Below are positions 1-13,095 of a stretch of 64,000 nucleotides of DNA, piece after piece (within the stretch, counting starts at the first letter, position 1; every line of letters begins with the position of its first letter). The notes under the pieces were generated by a model. That model did not search any database, was not told the DNA's origin, and saw nothing but the letters and a program-made list of their open reading frames with translations. Origin of the DNA: Sporopachydermia quercuum (Eukaryota). The DNA is taken from positions 930,001 through 994,000 of the forward strand of contig BCGN01000006.1 of NCBI GenBank assembly GCA_001599295.1, read 5' to 3'. The translations under genes were made by a program, and so were the position numbers.

Positions 1-1010
1 ATACTGCCAATGATTTCATAAACAACAGATAATCCTTGCCATCAGTTGTAGTGGGCTATGTANTATTTAGTTGTCATCTGGGCCCTTCTTAACTTATAGA
101 ACAATGTATAATTTTCTTTATTGTTGATTGTCACACTGTATGTTTGACTACAAAATGCAGTGGCTTGCGGTATAGTCACAGCGAAAACTCTACAGCAGTC
201 TTCTTTTTTACCGCGATTAATGCATTCAACCAAACAGCAACTGATAGATACAAATAATGATTTGCAGTTAAAACGCGTTTCGTTACTAAGATAAACATAA
301 CATACCTAGCTGAACGTCCAATGATCAGACACGTAGAAAAAACACGGTAATAACTGTAACGAGAAGAAACCGNTTGGAGATAATAAAATAAGGTTTTGGG
401 AGGGTAGCAGGGAAATGTGTAATGATGTAATGAGACATATTTATTGTTATGCATGGACTTTAAACATTGAATGGTACCTGATACGTGAGATGTGCTGCTG
501 GCATTACTAAGTAACTGCTTGCATGCAGCCCGTGTAAGAAAGTTAGGGAGCTCGGAGAGTCAAGATTATTGTGATGAATGATGATTTTTTGGAACTCAAT
601 CGTATAGGATTGTGGTTGGGCGGCATGACAGGTTGCAAACAGGCCAAGAAATGCTGTGCTAGGAGAATATCACGGCAGGACATGACCATCAGAGTTACCC
701 AGATAAAACGATGGAATAACTCGTTTATTAATTGAATCCGAAATAGATTGTCTGAGTAAACAGCGTTCAAACAAAGACTATTGTTTGGCTGTTAAAATAA
801 CTACTTCAGATTGTTTCCTGTTCCTGGTCACTAATTCAGCAACATATAGAATATCCAAGTTAAGTTTTTCTGAGAAACACAAAAGCGAGGTAGCAACGTT
901 TTCTTATTAAGAACAAGAAAGGTAATTGACCTATTCAACCTGCATATCACAATGCAATGAATAAAAAAAGATAAATACAGCATCAGGATCATTAATCAAT
1001 TGCAAGACAC

Positions 1011-1015
1011 AAAAA
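1011..1015 (-). terminator. RNA polymerase III oligo-T terminator of the tRNA
   Basis: T5 on the minus strand 3 nt after the tRNA discriminator base. Confidence 0.75.
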
Positions 1016-1018
1016 GAC

Positions 1019-1089
1019 TGCGTCAGCCCGGAGTCGAACCGGGGGCTCTTCGATGGCAACGAAGAATTTTACCGCTAAACCACTAACGC
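1019..1089 (-). tRNA. tRNA-Gly(GCC), intronless, 71 nt
   Basis: Reverse complement reads GCGTTAGTGGTTTAGCGGTAAAATTCTTCGTTGCCATCGAAGAGCCCCCGGTTCGACTCCGGGCTGACGCA. Acceptor stem GCGTTAG/CTGACGC, anticodon stem CTTCG/CGAAG around loop TTGCCAT, B-box GGTTCGACTCC. Confidence 0.97.
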
Positions 1090-1539
1090 CTCTTTGTGCT
1101 ATGTTATTGCCTGATCATATATCATTCAGTAGAATATTTTGAATCTTAAGAAAAATTGAAGAATTGTATTAGGATTCTTACTCTTTTTCCTTCTTCTCCT
1201 TCTTACTATTATTAATTAGAAAGAAAAGAATGAGAGTAAATAATCTGTGAGGTGAATAGTATATAAAAGGTACAAATAGGAATATTAAATAGATGAAAGT
1301 TAAAAGTTAATATGGTACGTAAAATATCACGTGGCTTGAGTTATAGCAGCAAGTATTTAATCGGTTATTTATTGAGAATATTATCAATTATTTATTAAAC
1401 TATTAGATGATGTGAAAATGTATTTATATAGGATACTATGTTTATGGTGTATACTAAGTAGATCACAATTACTTCTATGATAGTCATGACACATTTATAT
1501 AGCCTCAATGGGTTGATGCTGAAGGAAGCAATGTTTCAA

Positions 1540-2544
1540 TTAATTGGTTTTAATTGCTTTCTTGTTAGCAGAAGCTTTTTGGTTTCTTTTAACATAAGAA
1601 TCAATCCAAAAGGAAACAAAGAGCCAAGTCAATGGTGCTAAGTAGATAACGTTGAATGCAACAGCAAATGTTTGACCGAAATCACCAATACAAGAGCAAT
1701 AGTTCTTAGTACCAGGATCAAAATAAGAAATGAAGATATGCAAAACAGCTCCCGAACCACCGAAAATGAACTGGCAAATTTGAGCCGTGGTTAATGTTCT
1801 CTTGACAAAGAGTGGCACTCTAATCTTCAATGCTGTTAAGGTGTAATAAAAATACATAATGGAGTGGATCAAAGAATTGAAAACAACAAAGATCCAAATA
1901 GGAGGTGAAGCAAATCTAATTCCAGCCCACATCGATAACATAGCACCAGAGTGATGATAAGTTTGCAATAATGAAGATTGCTTACCTTTGATTAAAATGA
2001 TCGCAGTATCAAGAACTTCGTAAAATTTACTCAGGTAGAAGTAGAAACCATAATATGATAAACCCTTTTCCCATATACCTTCAGAAAGGGAGCATAATGA
2101 TCTCCAGATTGCTGACTTAGAACTGAATACGTTTATACTGTACAATGAGTATTCATTCTTGCTTGTTAATTCATACATAGTAGATCCGATGCTAGATGTC
2201 ATACCGACAAAGGTCCAGATTGAATAAGCACATAGTCCAATATTATGAATTAAGACGAATAGTTTGAATGCAACAGAATTAACAAAAGCATTAGGGTCAC
2301 TATTACGCTTTTGAATCTCCTTTTGATGAGTTCTGTTATAGTAATTCCATAAATGGGCGGTAAATGCGTACAAGGTAGCAATGGTCAAGGGAGTCCTCAC
2401 ATCCATGGTNAAATCCCACCATCTTCTAATAAATGGAGATGAGAGAGAATCTGGATAGGGTGTCACTGGTGGTAGTCCATGAGGCCAAACCAATGCTTCC
2501 TTTGGAGGCATCTTAAAGATCGATGCTGCAATACTGCTATTCAT
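1540..2544 (-). CDS. GNS1/SUR4 (ELO) family fatty-acid elongase
   Basis: Motifs FYLSKFYEVLDT, LQTYHH, FNSLIHSIMYFYY and TTAQICQF, several TM segments, basic C-terminus. First ATG is at 2544; the track start at 2556 is TTG. Confidence 0.9.
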   Translation of the reverse strand: MNSSIAASIFKMPPKEALVWPHGLPPVTPYPDSLSSPFIRRWWDXTMDVRTPLTIATLYAFTAHLWNYYNRTHQKEIQKRNSDPNAFVNSVAFKLFVLIHNIGLCAYSIWTFVGMTSSIGSTMYELTSKNEYSLYSINVFSSKSAIWRSLCSLSEGIWEKGLSYYGFYFYLSKFYEVLDTAIILIKGKQSSLLQTYHHSGAMLSMWAGIRFASPPIWIFVVFNSLIHSIMYFYYTLTALKIRVPLFVKRTLTTAQICQFIFGGSGAVLHIFISYFDPGTKNYCSCIGDFGQTFAVAFNVIYLAPLTWLFVSFWIDSYVKRNQKASANKKAIKTN

Positions 2545-4305
2545 TGCTGAATTCAATCAATTATTACTTCTAAACAATAATATGTTGAAATAAAATCTCC
2601 ACCTTAGCAATATGTTGAATATAGCTTGGTCAGTCTTCTCAATGACCTTTGATGCTTACTTACAGCTGATCTTCTATGATAGTTCGAAACTCTCTATTAG
2701 AATAGTAGAATCGGAAGGACAAATAGATTAAATAAATGCTACAGATTCTTTTTGTTTCTTTGCTTTTTATTCGATCTGTAGATATGGAAATACCTTCATT
2801 ATAATTTGGCGAATAGATTGAATAAAAGGGATTTCATCCTTAGATGGTTACAAACGTTAAAGCAATGAACACTANCAAATAAAGTTTGTTGTGTTAACTT
2901 TAAATTTTTAGTTTATATTTTATTCCAGTTTAAAATAAATAACTCATGGCTCATTCTAGATGAATTAAGCTGAGCAGTAGCACAAACTAATCATTGCAAT
3001 NGAATTTGAAGGTAGATTTGGAGGCTAAATAGTGTACTATTGATCGCATTTTAATTCTAACAANTACAAAGCCATAATTTATGTGTATTGTGGTATATTC
3101 CTCGCAACTCTCGGAATCTTAAATTCCTTTCCTCAGAAACCTTATGCATAGAGGTCACAATATAATTGAACTTTTCTTCCATTGTCGGTTTTATGGAAAC
3201 AAAGTTTATTTTTAGGTAGTTTATTAGTAAAGTCTAACCGCAATTTGGTAATTTTAGTTCTTCACTTTACGAAAACTGATAAAAATGGAAGAAGAGAAAT
3301 AATTTACTTTTGATGAGAAAGACAAGACATCTTGACAACACAAGAGGGATGATGTAACTGGAAAACGAACAGGCAATTCCAAATTCTATGTCAGATTGCT
3401 ATAGATCCGATACAGGCAGGTCCTGATATTTCTCTGGATTGCACTACACCAATACTCTTTATTCCCTTCGTGATCAATTGCAATTAATCATCATTACGGT
3501 TTAAAGACAGTAAATTACATTCAGTGTGAATAGATTCAAAGGAAGGAACAAGGAAAGTTGTATGAAATACATACGCATTCCGACGGGACTAGTAACCCAT
3601 CACTTAAATTAAGCCGTCATCAATTTAAGTGGTGNGTTACAACTTGAAGGGGATTAATGGGAGAATGAAAATCAAGCAGCTAGTCAAGTGACTCGGCTGG
3701 AAGAAATCTGCCCTGGTCTCGGCAATTGTAATCGGAGATCTCAGAAGTCCTTGCCCTTTCTAATCCCTATTCTTATGGTACATAAAAAGNCAGGGAACTA
3801 AGATGTGGACATGTGACTTTTACTGCATATTTATGCATAGTTTCGAAATGCTGTGTATCTTTATTTCCTATAAAGAGCTGCATTTCTTTAATTTGAAGAA
3901 AACATCTTTAAAAAAAAAAAGCACAATTAGATTTTAGAAATATCATTAAAGTGAAGCAGTGTTCGTTTTCAATATTAAATTGAAAATTGGAGAAATTGGT
4001 ACTCGTTTAATTTCTGTCCGTGGAATAACTCATTCATCTCTGTTCCATTTTAACTTCTTATATTCCATACGGAAAGTATAGTACAGTACATTATTGTTGG
4101 ATACGGAAGAACAATACATCGACGGCAATGTCCCTTATTTTCAGATTCTCAGATCTCATCGCGTGAGATAAGAATATCATCTAAAATGAGACGTGGTGTT
4201 ATGATCTTGACAATACTCTATTGTTGGTTTTTAAGTTGTATTGGCTAGCTATGGCAAGATGTTGGGTTGGAGGTACTATGACGTATATGAGATTGTTTAA
4301 TAACC

Positions 4306-4318
4306 CCTATTTGGGAAA
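4306..4318. promoter_or_regulatory. Candidate Mcm1 (CArG/P-box) site upstream of the KSS1-like MAPK
   Basis: CCTATTTGGGAAA matches CC-N6-GG-AAA; motif match only. Confidence 0.35.
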
Positions 4319-5364
4319 TTGGGAACACAGAATGGAAAAGATGCGGATTCAAATGAAGAGTAGGTTTTAGAGAGAAATAACTATCTTTATATTGATTTTC
4401 TTCAATTAATCTTTTGAAATACTAAACTAGAAATAAGAGGGTTAACCTAATTGAAGAAAAAAATTCCAATATACAGAATTGCCCTCTAACCGATTTATTG
4501 CCTAGCAGATAATCTCCGGAGAAACGTCTCTTTTCACTATATCCCAAACTTAAAAATAAGTACCTTATTAACACCATGAAAAATCGTGATATATATGTGG
4601 TTTAATCAAACAGCAATAGTCAACTCGTATAATTTCCGACAAATTTTTATAAATTTACCCCAATATCAACGTCAAGCAATACAATTTCTAACCACTTCGA
4701 AAATGTCAAANTTTCTTGATTTTCTATCTAGTTTTCTTCATTTTGAAGGTCAACTTCCTCATCACGTGAATAGTTCAACAACTAAAATTGAGATTTCTGG
4801 AATGATAACCTACGAAACGGTGACTCTCGAACAATTTCACATAAATTCCAGCATTGATACAACTTACCCCATAACGGCCTGCAGGTGATATTTTCTTCTT
4901 NATATTTAATGACATCGACGTGAATTAGCGTTGAGCGATCGCAAAAGATTGATTTCGTACTGCTATAGCTTTTTGAATGTTTTTTTTGGATATTTTGCAT
5001 TAAAAGTTTGAACGGTTAAGGAATTGTTCCATTCTGACCACACAATACCATATTGTCGCATACAGAAACTGATTGTTTGGGATATGTTAGGGGCTTGACT
5101 TGATCTGACATTCTATATATGTGCATTTTACATTAAACCATCAATTATTAGATACCAACAGAAGGTCGAGAAGAGCAGCAGGAGAATTGAATGTATATTA
5201 GGTTTTGTTGTTTGCTGGATCACTAGCATTTAGAAGATTGTGTATAAGGAGATCAGATCGAATTAGAATACATCTATCTATCCACCTCAATTTTATAAAT
5301 CATATCACAATAATATATAATATCAACATAGCATAACACAACATTACACAACAGCATACTATAA

Positions 5365-6507
<1,143 letters not shown>

Positions 6508-6960
6508 TCTGCGAGCGGATATATAAATGTTTGGTTTAAGAAAAGAATTTGTTTGATTCCAAGAAATAACTGAAGCTGTTTTATTTTATACCATAGTAGC
6601 TATGCTACTTGTATTAATCACTTACCCTGCAACTGCTGCTCTTGCTCTTTTTTTCTACGAACAAATACAGGATGTAATCCACAGCTTTGCATTGGTATAT
6701 AATGTATCAACTAGTAGGTATACTATTCTACTGGTTTCGAAGAAAGATTGTTCGTTCTATACATAATGATATTTACATACATTATATTATAACTGTTCAT
6801 TGAGAATAGAATTCTAATATATATTGGATTTGAAACTCAAATATGTGCAGTCAACCTTCCATATGGCACAGTGCGTTCTGAGCCTTATCACAACATATTT
6901 TTCATTATCATTTATCATTATCATTATTCCACACTCCACTTATAGTGCCATATATAAACA

Positions 6961-8901
6961 TTAAGGAATAAATATCTTGGAATATGCCTGTACTTTCCTT
7001 CTACAACAAACACATTCAACGCTCTTGTTGATTACCAGCTGCGATCTGCATTCGTCACAAATAGCTAGACAACGACATGGCCAGACAATAATTTGTCTTG
7101 GATTACACAAACATACAACACAGGACATGGCATCTGGATTTTGAGCAGATTCATTCAAAGGTCTTCTTGCTTTTAGAACCGAGAGCAGTTTCTCCTCTTC
7201 AGATTTAGGCTTCAAGGCAGCATACGCAAGTCTGGTTAAAGGACCTGAATGTGATAAATGTGTGGATAAGATATTAACGAATTCTTCATCTTCAGGTGTC
7301 TCTGGTGAAATCAAGTGGGACATTTCAGTAGGCGTGAATATAGAAATATCACCTTCTATTTCTCCATCGGCTTCGGAATCATTTTCACCCAAATCGCTTT
7401 CTAGATCAGACTCTTCTTCCAAAATTTCGTCATCCCAGTCGTCATCGGTGTCAGAATAGCTACTGTCGGACAATTCAGTATTGGTTTCTGTCGCGTTGAT
7501 TGATAGTGAGCCATCACCAGCTGATATACCCGGCTTCCTTTTTCTTGGTTTCAAAAATCCAGGAAATAGTCTTCGTAGGGTCTTGCTAATGATCATCCGA
7601 CAATATAATGATGCCATTGATATAGTGAGTCGTACTGATGAGATATAGTCGATATTTGGTGAAGAATCAGTAGTTGTGATGGCAGGAAATATTCTGAGTG
7701 CGAAATGGCTCATGAACGTTGGTGTATTGACAGGTGAAGTCTGCTCCATTGGAATAGCAGTTTCATTGGAGAACCCAGATAATTGGGATAACTTTTTAGG
7801 TGATTCCTCATTTATTAAAAAGCTGAGAGAGCTGTCATTCGCTATTTTTGTTAAGTACTGTTGTTCCAGCCATGTTCTTTCTGGAGTTACTATTGGATCA
7901 AGCTCGAATGTATATGAAATATTGACAATAGAGGTCACAGACCAATAGAACAGTTTCTGAGCGAATGATTGTAAATCTTCGTTAGAGTCAACAGAGATGA
8001 AAAGTGGAGGTGGTGATCGAGAGAGGTTTCTGGAGCCTCCGACGAAATAAGCGGCCAGCTCATAAATAAATACGCAGACCAAGGAAAATGCCAATGTTAA
8101 AAATTGTGGTAATATCGCAAATAAGCAAACTATTGGAAGTTTGAGAATATTATCATTTAGACAGCAGTAAGCAAAATACATCAATGTCGTAGCATCAAAA
8201 AATAGTGATGGAATAATGCGGAGTTTGCTTTTATTGAATAAACTGAATAAATGTATCACCACCTGCTTAACACCCGATATTATGCATATATTTAGGAACT
8301 CGGGAGAAAATCTATTGGATCCTTGTGCTTCTTGAAATATCAATGAATACTCAAATAAGTTCAGAGTGTTCTCGTTAAAACATAAGACTCCTTGTATTGA
8401 GCTTGTTATGATTTCAATAAACTGGCTGAAAAATAAAGCAAGATATAAATTCCAATAAACATCATTAGGTGCAATCAGTAGCATATTTTCCATATTGTTA
8501 TTAGTTGTAGGCTCGCTTCCTTCTAGTATACTCTGAAGATAGCCATCAACAGCGAAAGAAAAGCTCAATTGGTCTTTCGGTCTCAATTCGTCTTGAACCA
8601 TTGAAACTCCAGAAGAATACCATGATAATAGAAAGAATGGTACTAATGATAAAACTAAAGGAGCTATTGCTACTGATCGCAGGAGGAATCTCACTCTGAA
8701 TGGTAGATTTCTCGGCCTGCTTGATCTACTGAAAGTAGATGCTCTATTGAGGATAATTGACATAGAAAAGCATGTTGCTGCATACCTTGATGTAAAAAAG
8801 GATAACAGAGATGAAGCTCTATTAGACGCTTGATTTTCTTCTGCTGTTGCAGAATCAATGACAGCTTGTGCTAAACCTTGGATTATGGTCGTTATTCCCA
8901 T
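6961..8901 (-). CDS. ASI3: Asi1/Asi3-like inner-nuclear-membrane RING ubiquitin ligase
   Basis: N-terminal TM region with IILNR and LFEYS motifs; C-terminal RING CVVCLCNPRQIIVWPCRCLAICDECR...CVCC. ATG at 8901 (MGITT). Confidence 0.8.
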   Translation of the reverse strand: MGITTIIQGLAQAVIDSATAEENQASNRASSLLSFFTSRYAATCFSMSIILNRASTFSRSSRPRNLPFRVRFLLRSVAIAPLVLSLVPFFLLSWYSSGVSMVQDELRPKDQLSFSFAVDGYLQSILEGSEPTTNNNMENMLLIAPNDVYWNLYLALFFSQFIEIITSSIQGVLCFNENTLNLFEYSLIFQEAQGSNRFSPEFLNICIISGVKQVVIHLFSLFNKSKLRIIPSLFFDATTLMYFAYCCLNDNILKLPIVCLFAILPQFLTLAFSLVCVFIYELAAYFVGGSRNLSRSPPPLFISVDSNEDLQSFAQKLFYWSVTSIVNISYTFELDPIVTPERTWLEQQYLTKIANDSSLSFLINEESPKKLSQLSGFSNETAIPMEQTSPVNTPTFMSHFALRIFPAITTTDSSPNIDYISSVRLTISMASLYCRMIISKTLRRLFPGFLKPRKRKPGISAGDGSLSINATETNTELSDSSYSDTDDDWDDEILEEESDLESDLGENDSEADGEIEGDISIFTPTEMSHLISPETPEDEEFVNILSTHLSHSGPLTRLAYAALKPKSEEEKLLSVLKARRPLNESAQNPDAMSCVVCLCNPRQIIVWPCRCLAICDECRSQLVINKSVECVCCRRKVQAYSKIFIP

Positions 8902-11721
8902 TTCTGTATGGCTGTCCTTCTGATNTTTAATNTGTGAACTAAACNGTTGGTCTGAAAGAACCAAACAAACGTAAGGGGTTGATACGTGGGCTCTAATGAA
9001 CGCCGACCAGATAAGAGCCACACAATTTGTTTCGCAAATATATATATTATTATTCCTTTATACTGATATTCTATGCCANTATCTTAGTTTGCCTTCTCAA
9101 TCAGTTGTCACTTGTACCACTTGTCCTTGAGGTATGACTTGATGTAAGCACAGAGTTCCCACCTAAGTAATTTGGAGACTTGAGCGTAATGTATCCTATT
9201 TAAAATGAAAATGCAAACCCCAATTGATCTCTATATTGTGAGGTATTATTAAACTTTTTTATCTTATCGTGCATGCAAATTATTTTTATATATTGATAGA
9301 TGAAGATGATGTAAATATCCTATTATTCCTATTATCGTATCAGTTATCCTCCATTTCTGTTGCCTATCTCATAGTGGATCTCGGAAATCATAGTGCTGGT
9401 TTGGAGATCAATATCATTTCCGTAATTGGGGTTATCTCACGTGGGCAATCATAGCGATAGCGCCTCGGATCAAACAACAGATGATAAAGTCAATGATCTA
9501 TCGATGATAATGCAGTAGAGTAAACTGGGAAGGCACATAGTTAATTTTTAATAGCTAGNATGTAGATTGGGTGAAGTGTTTGAGGTTTATGATAGAATTA
9601 ATACAGATTATTCAGATAAGATGTTGATTGAAATGTGTGGGATACGGCTCATATTCGGTCCAGGTTCCTACTACTCGCTCTGTACAGAATGAAAAGTAGT
9701 GCGACAAGATAAATGTTAGGAAGACCGAGGAAGGCTTATTGAAAGAAACAAATAAAGGTGATATCTTGGTGAAGATATGGATTTGCAATTGAACTTATTG
9801 TGAAGCAAAAATTATGAACATTGAGGAATAGAGGCAGAACAAGAATCATATCCTGTCTTTTTTGATTCCAGAACCCATTGCGAGGCTAATTTATGTCATA
9901 AGTGCGTGACATGATAAAAGTCTGGGGTTAATAAATGTGTCAAAGGACCTATGAATAATTTATTGTCATTTATAATTGATAGAGTAGAGAAATTGACATC
10001 AAGGATCGTTGAAGCAAAACTCCGTTGAAAATATAGGGTTCCGTTTTATAAGCTATTGATTTGTTCATATTCAAATGGTGAGATAACAGTATCAAGAACA
10101 AACAGTTCATCATTATAATGTCACACTGTATGGCAGGACGTGAATTGGCCTCTGATTCATAAATACTCAACTGTCTTCGTCCTGATCAACGAACACTGCT
10201 CTTGCAACCAGGACGGACAATTTTCAAGGATATATGNGGTCTGTTATCCATATTACATCTAACAAGCAAAGCTATCATTTTGTATCCTCGTCAAGAACGG
10301 TTAATATCATGACAGATTAGTATGCCTCTCATTTGATGAATTCTAGGCGACTTNACCGAAACGGGTATGTCATGATTCTCATCAAGTTTGACGAGCAACC
10401 AGGATTTGATGAATCATGGTGAAACCACTGTTAGCTTGCCTCTTCAGATAAAAACAAAAAATTCATATGATTAATGGTTGTGAATTGGATCCAATATTCT
10501 TTATACAAGTTGTATGGATGAAGAATGNTGAGATTCTCTCATGTCATTTACATATCATTCATATTCAGCTCGTTTGAGAACCATCTTCTTTCTTAAGTAT
10601 AAAATTTACTCAATCTGGAACAATGGGACTTCTTAATCCATGCTGTAATTCTACTTTTCCTTTAATCAAATGTTAACTCTATGTGATGTGATGTCTTTCA
10701 TTTGTGATGGAAAGGTTCAATGTTATGCGAATTATTTATAAGCCTTAGCATGCCAACCGGAACGGAATACCTCCGTTATTCCTTTGAGTGGACCCTAAGA
10801 GTAGACATAAATAAAGGTTAGTTTCTTCCGTTATTAAGGATTCGCTTCGTTAATGTTTGAAATTTCCGGTTGTTTACAGTTAAAGGGTGTCATTTGCAGG
10901 CTCTTGTACTTTCTTTGAGTTCTCCTCGTAAATTGTATGAGTCAACATTTGAATGAATAATCAAAGATTTGCTAGGTTAATGTACTAACAAAAATACAAT
11001 GTCAGTATCATGTTGTTATTATGGCTTTTATTGCAAATAGCAGGGAATCTCGTTTTTATGTACTATGATTAGTAAGTAAACGTTCTATATGTTTTTATGC
11101 TTCTTCGTATCTCGGTTGATGCAGTTTATCTTCGCAAGATTCATTTCTTTGCGTGTTCTATCGACCTCCAGAGATATAACAATTTCGCATATCAAGAATT
11201 AAACCCAGAGTCCAAAAGATATTCTTTTATTCGCTACCTGATCCTTTTCTCTCTACATCTCTTAAATTCTTTTCTCTACCATATCGTCAACAAAACCTCC
11301 GATAATGTCACAACAATTATCNTAATGAAACCCTGACAATCTTGCCTCGTCTCACTATATCAGTTCAATATAGTAATTCATCACAGGTAAGCTTTTGTGC
11401 TTCGTTGGACTTACGTACTGATTTTCCATCCGTATACACATTTAACCTTTGAAAGGTCTCATTATGTTTCCCCACTTTTTTCCTTCATGTGGATATATAA
11501 ATAATGCAAAATCCTTTTCATTTACTGTTATATAATTGGTAATAATTATGTTGATGCGCAATTGAAGGGTTGACGACTATAATCAGCCGGACNTGTTAAT
11601 ATTTTGACAGTGCAACAGCGTTAGTTTTAAGGTGTCGAATTAAAGCTAGAAAAGCTATAGAGTTGATTGAATGGAACAGGAAGACCAATTAGTCATAGAT
11701 TTAGAGAGTACAATATAGAAA

Positions 11722-12945
11722 ATGACTTTCGAACTCACAGAAGCTCCAGCGGATCCTTTGTTTGCATTAGCTGCTAAATATAAGGCAGATCCTTTCGAAA
11801 AGAAGGTCGATTTAGGAATTGGTGCGTATAGGGATGATAAAGGTAAAACTTGGATTTTGAGCGCTGTGANGAAAGCTGAGAAGTTATTACAGGCAGATGA
11901 TTCTTTCAACCATGAGTATTTACCAATCACAGGTCTTCCAGAATATACATCAAATGCGGCCAAGATAATCTTTGGAGAGAAGTTAGGTAAAAGCATAGCA
12001 GAGGAAGGAAAATTAGTGTCAGTTCAATCCGTCTCAGGTACGGGATCTCTACATATTGCTGCAGCATTCATTTACAAGTTTTCTCCTGTGACACCGGAGA
12101 TATTAGTGACTAACCCCACATGGGCGAATCATAAACAAATTTTTGAAACTAAAGGTTTTGTAGTTAAGTCTTTACCATACTGGAATGCAGAAACTCGAGG
12201 TCTTGATTTTGAAGCTTATATTCAGGGTATAAAGACAGCGAAGAGTGGTTCAGTGATAATCTTACATAGCTGTGCCCACAATCCGACCGGTGTGGATCCT
12301 ACAAAGGAGCAGTGGGATCAAATTTTTTCAGCTATCAGAGAAAACCAGCTTTACCCCATTTTTGACACTGCGTACCAAGGGTTCGCTTCGGGTGATTTAG
12401 TGAAAGATGCTTGGTCCATCAACAGATATCTTGAAACTGGTACTGATACTGTACCAGCTGAATTCATTATCTGCCAGTCGTTTGCTAAAAATTTCGGTCT
12501 TTATGGAGAAAGAGCCGGATGTTTTCATATTGTGATAAGTCCCTCAGAATCTGCTAAAGCTGTGAAGTCTCAACTAGCCAAAATTATTAGAAGCGAAATT
12601 TCCAATCCTCCTGCATATGGTTCAAAGATCGTTCTGAAGATCTGTTCAACGCCAGAGTTATACCAACAATGGCAAGAGGACCTGAAAGAAATGTCGTCCA
12701 GAATTCTGAAGATGAGAGTAGAATTGAGGTCAAAAATTGAAGCTCTTGGATCGAAGAACTCATGGGAACATATCACTAATCAAATTGGAATGTTTTCTTT
12801 CACTGGTCTTTCACCTGAACAGGTGAATATCCTNGTCAATGATTACCACATTTATTTAACCCAGAATGGTAGAATATCAATGTCTGGTGTCAACTCTGGT
12901 AATGTAGATTACATTGCCAACGCAATTTATAATGTTACTAAATAA
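11722..12945 (+). CDS. AAT2: Cytosolic aspartate aminotransferase
   Basis: KVDLGIGAYRDD, CAHNPTGVDP, FDTAYQGFASG, PLP-lysine motif QSFAKNFGLYGER, QIGMFSFTGL. Confidence 0.95.
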   Translation: MTFELTEAPADPLFALAAKYKADPFEKKVDLGIGAYRDDKGKTWILSAVXKAEKLLQADDSFNHEYLPITGLPEYTSNAAKIIFGEKLGKSIAEEGKLVSVQSVSGTGSLHIAAAFIYKFSPVTPEILVTNPTWANHKQIFETKGFVVKSLPYWNAETRGLDFEAYIQGIKTAKSGSVIILHSCAHNPTGVDPTKEQWDQIFSAIRENQLYPIFDTAYQGFASGDLVKDAWSINRYLETGTDTVPAEFIICQSFAKNFGLYGERAGCFHIVISPSESAKAVKSQLAKIIRSEISNPPAYGSKIVLKICSTPELYQQWQEDLKEMSSRILKMRVELRSKIEALGSKNSWEHITNQIGMFSFTGLSPEQVNIXVNDYHIYLTQNGRISMSGVNSGNVDYIANAIYNVTK

Positions 12946-13095
12946 GTAATACTCACAAAGTTAGTATACAGGGATAGAGGCTATTTTTAATATATTTTGT
13001 AATATACAGTATTGTAAATTAATANTTAATTTCTAATACATCTGGTTTATTCTCCTGGAAAATAATTCGGCAGTATAAGTGCGATTACACACATG

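Noticed and set aside
1..1010. LTR or transposon relic beside the tRNA gene
   Set aside because: No TG...CA boundaries, target-site duplication or second copy visible; the short ORFs have no recognisable motifs.
12943..13000. Stop-codon readthrough creating a cryptic PTS1 on AAT2
   Set aside because: Stop is TAA-GTA, not a leaky TGA-CTA context, and the extension does not end in an SKL-like tripeptide.
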